Source of the DNA: Macrostomum lignano
Taxonomy: Eukaryota
Reading direction: 5' to 3'
Assembly (NCBI GenBank): GCA_002269645.1
Contig: NIVC01003554.1
Location: 1 to 64,000, forward strand
DNA length: 64,000 bases
Shown here: piece by piece, positions 59,101 to 64,000 of the stretch
Layout of the letters: each line of letters starts with the position of its first letter
How positions within the stretch are numbered: the first letter of the stretch is position 1
Position numbers and translations under genes: made by a program
Notes under the pieces: generated by a model
Databases searched by the model: none
Seen by the model: the letters and a program-made list of their open reading frames with translations, nothing else
Told to the model about the DNA's origin: nothing

Positions 59101-61874
59101 TTCACGTCCGCGATCGCAAAGATCCATTCGACGTGGCGCCAACTAACTTGGCCATCTCCGGACAGGATATTGACGACAAGGACGTCATCAACGGGCACTA
59201 TATCAAGATACCGCCATCCGGGAATAGCAACGGCTGCTTTGTGGCTCTCATTATCCGACAGGTGAGCAGGGAGATATAATAAGATTAGGAAGTTCATGAA
59301 GGGCTGGAGTTTAGCTACAATACAGTCTATCTACTGATAATAACGTCAATCAACACTGTCTCTCTTCTCGTAAACAGCCGCGCGAACAAGCGGAGATGGC
59401 AGGCATTCTGAATCGTTGCAAAGAGAAAGGCCTAGTTGACTACACCGAGACCGAAGACAACAGGCTGCCGAAGAGCAAGAAAAAGGGCAAGAAAGGTCGG
59501 GAAAGCATTTTTTAAGTGTTGTTCTATCTCAAAATGAACTATAAATTTTATTTTTAATATTGCTCATCATTTCCTAATAATAGATAACTCATTCGAACAC
59601 AGTGATTTAATATTTATGCTCAGTCACCCGTTGATTTAATCCTTATCATTAAATGCTTAAATAGATGTTACACTTATGTTGAGAATTACACAAGTCAACA
59701 GACCACTATTAACAGTACTGAGATTAGAATTTTTTAAATCCCATGCAGGGTGTCTTCATTGAATCTCTCTGCTGCAGCCCCCCTCCCACCTCGAAACCTC
59801 CAGGACCTTCGAAAAAACTTCTGAAAAACTCGCAATTACAGTTTTTTTAGAAGCAAAAGTTGATGTCCTTAATTTGTGTACTTTGCAGAGACATATATCA
59901 GTCCGATTTGTAGAAGCAAATTAATCTGAAACATTAATGCCATAATTATCAAAATACATTAGCCCGCCAGCAACTCACACTGTCTGCCGGGCATCATTCG
60001 TCGCCGGGTAACGCCAGCGACCTCTTAGAGCCGGCCTTCAGCTTTGGCAAAGGCGGCGGCAATATGCCAACACAGCAACAGAGACAGCACCAGCCAGGAC
60101 CCTACGCGGCCATGCAAGCCGCGTCAGCAAATGCTGCTGAATTCACCCATAGTGGAACAGCTGTTGGTAGAAGGAGGCCAAGCATTGTTGGCCATGGCGG
60201 TGGTATTGGTTCTGCGCCACTAGCTGCTGGGAAGGTAAACTGAGAACTCTGCATCGGCGAATGCATGCACCAACAGTACTATGGACTTAACAAGACGCTT
60301 GCGAATGCACAGGAATCACCGTTCAGGCTAGTTAGTAAAAAATTGAGTTTAGAAAGCAGAGCCACTAATTAGTGATGAGAGAATTCAGAAAAATAAGGGT
60401 AACTACATGGAGAGAATCGAGGGAAATGAGAGGCTAAATAAGAGAAATACTCGTAAAGAAGAAAAGAAAGGAGACAAAATGAGAAGTTGGTGAGGGGAGA
60501 ATAGACAAAATGAGAAGGGATGAGGGTAGAATGGACAAAATGAGAAGGGGGTTAGGGGAGAATGGACGAAATGAGAAGGGGTGGGGAAGAATGGACGAAA
60601 TGAGAAGGGGGTGAGGGGAGAATGGACGAAATGAGAAGGGAGTGAGGGGAGAATGGACGAAATGAGAAGGGGTGAGGGGAGAATGGACGAAATGAGAAGG
60701 GGTGAGGGGAGAATGGACGAAATGAAAAGGGGGTGAGGGGAGAATGGACGAAATAAAAAGGGGGTGAGGGGAGAATGGACGAAATGAGAAGGGGTGAGGG
60801 GAGAATGGACGAAATGAAAAGGGGGTGAGGGGAGAATGGACGAAATAAAAAGGGGGTGAGGGGAGAATGGACGAAATGAGAAGGGGTGGGGAAGAATGGA
60901 CGAAATGAGAAGGGGGTGAGGGGAGAATGGACGAAATGAGAAGGGAGTGAGGGGAGAATGGACGAAATGAGAAGGGGTGAGGGGAGAATGGACGAAATGA
61001 GAAGGGGTGAGGGAGAATGGACGAAATGAAAAGGGGAATGGACGAAATGAAAAAGGGGAGAGAATGGACGAAATAAAAAGGGGGTGAGGGGAGAATGGAC
61101 GAAATGAGAAGGGGTGAGGGGAGAATGGACGAAATGAAAAGGGGGTGAGGGGAGAATGGACGAAATAAAAAGGGGGTGAGGGGAGAATGGACGAAATGAG
61201 AAGGGGGTGAAGGGAGAATGGACAAAATGAGAATCAAGGAGATGCCTGACAGTAAGCTACAGGAAGGTAATAGAACTGCACCTGCATGTTTTGACAATTT
61301 ATAAGCAGTTTTGAGTAAGCATGTTCATCACAGAATTTATCAAATTAGTTTATTAAATAAGTTTATCAAAGTGCTAAAAGTATTCTGATTTATTACATAG
61401 CTACTTGTGTTGACCCAGCAAGAATTACCATGTCGTGAGGTGTCCAAATGCAAAAGATCTGAATTTACATAGTATTTTTCTATTATTAGGTATCACCTAT
61501 GTATCCAATTCTTGCTTTTGAATGATGCACACAAATTTTCTTTATAGCCAGTGCTTACAATACTACTTAATCACTCAAACATTGCATATGATTTTTGAAA
61601 CCTGATTTATTATTTGATAATTAGGCTACTATTGACATCCACTTTGGTAACCTTAACATTCAACCCTAAAACCTAAACAAATGCCATTATGTGTAAAAAA
61701 ATAAAAGTTTTAAATAAAAATCAATTCTAATCAGATTGATAAAAAACTATTGGATTTTCTATCTAATGATAAACTTTGTAATAATTTCAGGAGACAAGAA
61801 GAGAAGAAAGGAGGACAAGTCTGACCCCAAAGCTGAGGGTCACCTTCAATACCAATCAGCTAATGGAGTCCTAA
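53142..61874 (+). CDS. NSUN7: NSUN7-like NOL1/NOP2/Sun RNA methyltransferase-fold protein; exons 53142-53556, 54191-54249, 55868-56335, 57010-57229, 58383-58637, 59005-59261, 59378-59495, 59963-60234, 61791-61874 (last two less certain)
   Basis: NSUN7-type motifs: YTLALETIK, LVHIIACDFISRKFQKR, KLQAALAKIRIK, IPVYAWVNQLK, CPDLIIF, DKTTSLAVHSL, KCSRSGIINPIDYLVNEGGD, VYLTRSIYDEENE, NGCFVALI, ILNRCKEKGL. GT-AG junctions with consistent phases. Confidence 0.85.
53580..54150. repeat. Degenerate ~35-bp repeat with palindromic core (gccgatatgtatcgaaa)
   Basis: About 12 copies; core CGATA-TG-TATCG; NSUN7 intron 1. Confidence 0.8.
54610..55795. repeat. Satellite with 130-bp higher-order repeat (22+30+22+30+22+4 bp)
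   Basis: cagtctgaca recurs at 54791, 54921, 55051, 55181, 55311. Confidence 0.95.
56385..56900. repeat. G-rich minisatellite (ggaatgagggttggggtag...)
   Basis: Multiple GGG/GGGG runs per unit, intronic. Confidence 0.88.
57270..58135. repeat. ~23-bp minisatellite (ctacaatccttaaatcatcaacc) with 91-bp higher-order unit
   Basis: acaatccctgaatcgtc recurs at 57301, 57392, 57483. Confidence 0.93.
60470..61235. repeat. ~29-bp purine-rich minisatellite (gaggggagaatggacgaaatgagaagggg)
   Basis: About 25 units. Confidence 0.94.
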
Positions 61875-64000
61875 CCAATACAACTGAATGATTAACATTT
61901 TTTATTCAACAACATTTTTTTTTTGCTTTTTTACCCTTATATATGCAGCTTATAATTGAAGTAAAAACACAAACTAAAAATATACTGGCAATTGAAAAGC
62001 TGCCAAACTAGAATTTCAATGGTTATAAGCCTAGTTTAAGATAAAAATGAAAGCAAATATATAGTATAGTAACTCTTAGGAGTATTAGCATCCCTCAATC
62101 TAAATCTGTAACTATTATTTGCGAACTAAACAAAATCAAGTATATTTAAATACATGAAATTAAAAGATAAACTTCCTTCATATTTCATTTTAAAATTTCA
62201 ACTATCTATATAACTAAACTTCACTTATTTATACTCTAAATCTAAAAAGGTACTAAACCTAAGTCCTAAGTAAGTTTATTAGTGATATAACTATAGTTTT
62301 ATAAAAAAACATTTGAATTGACTCTATCTCAATCTCTATGACCCTATCGACTTCTTAAGAATCCCTAATTGCAAATACTAAAATCTTGTTGAGTATACTG
62401 TACTATTATATATACATGGGAAATGAGATGGCCATGGGAAATTATATATACATGATCGATTAAAGATAACGCTTAAGTACTTAGTAGCATCGCATCGCTC
62501 TTATTTATTTTATTTAGCGAAAAAAGTTTTTATTCAAAATCTATTAATGGTAAATTCTGCTTGCATTAAAAAGCTGAACACGTGCAAGCATCTTTTAACG
62601 TTCTGCATGAATACAAAAATAATTTACACACTAGTCTATTAGGGCCTTTTACTATTTCTTGAGTGAAAATTGTACTTAACTGGTCGCATACACAGGGTAT
62701 TAAAATAAATTTTTGTTTTACTTAAGTAAACCAAAATTAAAAATCGTGCGACGCGTGCTGGATGAAGTGTTGAATTTAAAGATGCTAATTAAAAACTGTT
62801 ATCTTGGAACAAAAATTAAACGAAGCGACAAACTAGACCAAAATCAATAGTTCAAATATTTCCCGAAAATCGAAAATCGTCAGGGATGCACTAGCTCTTT
62901 CTCTCTCTCTCTCTCATGTGTGTGACCGAGACCTTTTTCATGCTCATGTTAATAAATTATAATGCGGCTACGCATGGAATCAAGCTATAGGGACTACTCT
63001 CTATCCCCACTGGTTAATAAAACTCACTGATGATGATTGGCATTGTTGAATGAAACACATACGTATTAACCCTGCAGCGTGAACAATGTTCCTTAATTTA
63101 TTATCATCTTTCCTAACGTACGTACAGTATCAATCATATTTTTGCCGTTACCAGAAAACTGCGGATCGCACAGCGCAGATGAGAATTATGAGATGGCCAA
63201 GGTGACAGACACAAAAGACTGGAATTCAAGAGTTCGTTCGATCAATTAATTATTCTTAATAACTTAATTCTTAATTCTTAATTCTTAAAGCTATTCTTAA
63301 TAACTTGATTGAATTCAACTAGTTTATTAAGTAAATTTGCGCTGATCTGTGCATGTAAACACGCAACTACACATTAACTTTCTGCTTGAGCTATCAGTCC
63401 ACATGTACATTTAGGTCTTTATTCCTAAATCATATGTTTAGCTATATAGTATTCATCAAATACTGTACGAGTATATTCATGAAGACCGGCCATGCAGACG
63501 GGCATGCAGACTTTATAACCAAAGTTAACTATTTTCTCGAGGTTAAACTCAGTTCATTTAAAAGGAATAAATACTTTTTAGATTCTAAAATCAGTTAAAA
63601 GTTCGCAGCCTAAGTAGCTGTGCGCCTAAATCTTCGGGCTTCAATCTACATGTAGATATAAAGCAAATAATCTGCTTTTAATATTTCAGCCCTGGCGTAT
63701 CGTTGTAAGCGCGACAGATGTAAACGAGAGTAAATACCAGCGCATTGCTTTTTATCTCTAGTCTCAGTCAGTGATTGCATGGCATTCGGCACGTTTTACC
63801 GTGCATCTCTTTAACGGATCAACTGTTTTAAAAACACTGCGCTACCATATATATATATAGCTTATATTGTTTATATACATCTTTTACCGTCTATATATCG
63901 GGGTTGTCAAATTGTTTACCGCGAATTCGCAACCAATTTGAATTCAGAGTGTCGTGAAAATTTCTAACGAAAATCGCTGTTGCTGCACGAGGTAACTATA

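Noticed and set aside
63010-63075. Hammerhead-like CTGATGA...GAAAC...GTA motif
   Set aside because: Stem II lacks closing pairs and stem I cannot form adjacent to the core; at best a decayed motif.

Overview
Eukaryotic (invertebrate animal) genomic DNA with GT-AG introns, about a third of it simple or tandem repeat. The repeat load and poly-Q/poly-A coding runs resemble a macrostomid flatworm-type genome; this is inference only. Six spliced genes were reconstructed by hand with consistent exon phases: (1) a tetraspanin (+, 48-1627); (2,3) two full-length, tail-to-tail ionotropic glutamate receptor paralogues (+ 3863-11276, 837 aa; - 26163-13248, 847 aa); (4) a 3-exon TMEM234 (-, 28948-27543) that the ORF track misses; (5) an ARID3/dead-ringer transcription factor (+, 33935-50980); (6) an NSUN7-like protein (+, 53142-61874). 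The iGluR pair shares a rewritten gate motif (AYVTNYAATR / AYVGNYAAMR instead of SYTANLAAFL), an atypical pore loop and non-glutamate-type ligand residues. The NSUN7-like protein has its motif VI catalytic Cys replaced by Arg. Introns hold a Tc1/mariner MITE, hAT elements with 8-bp TSDs (one only 46 bp, one carrying a minisatellite), tRNA-derived SINEs, and a family of GGCGCC-core minisatellites. All very long ORFs in the track between 10 and 61 kb that are not exons listed here are tandem-repeat artefacts. Repeat boundaries are approximate.
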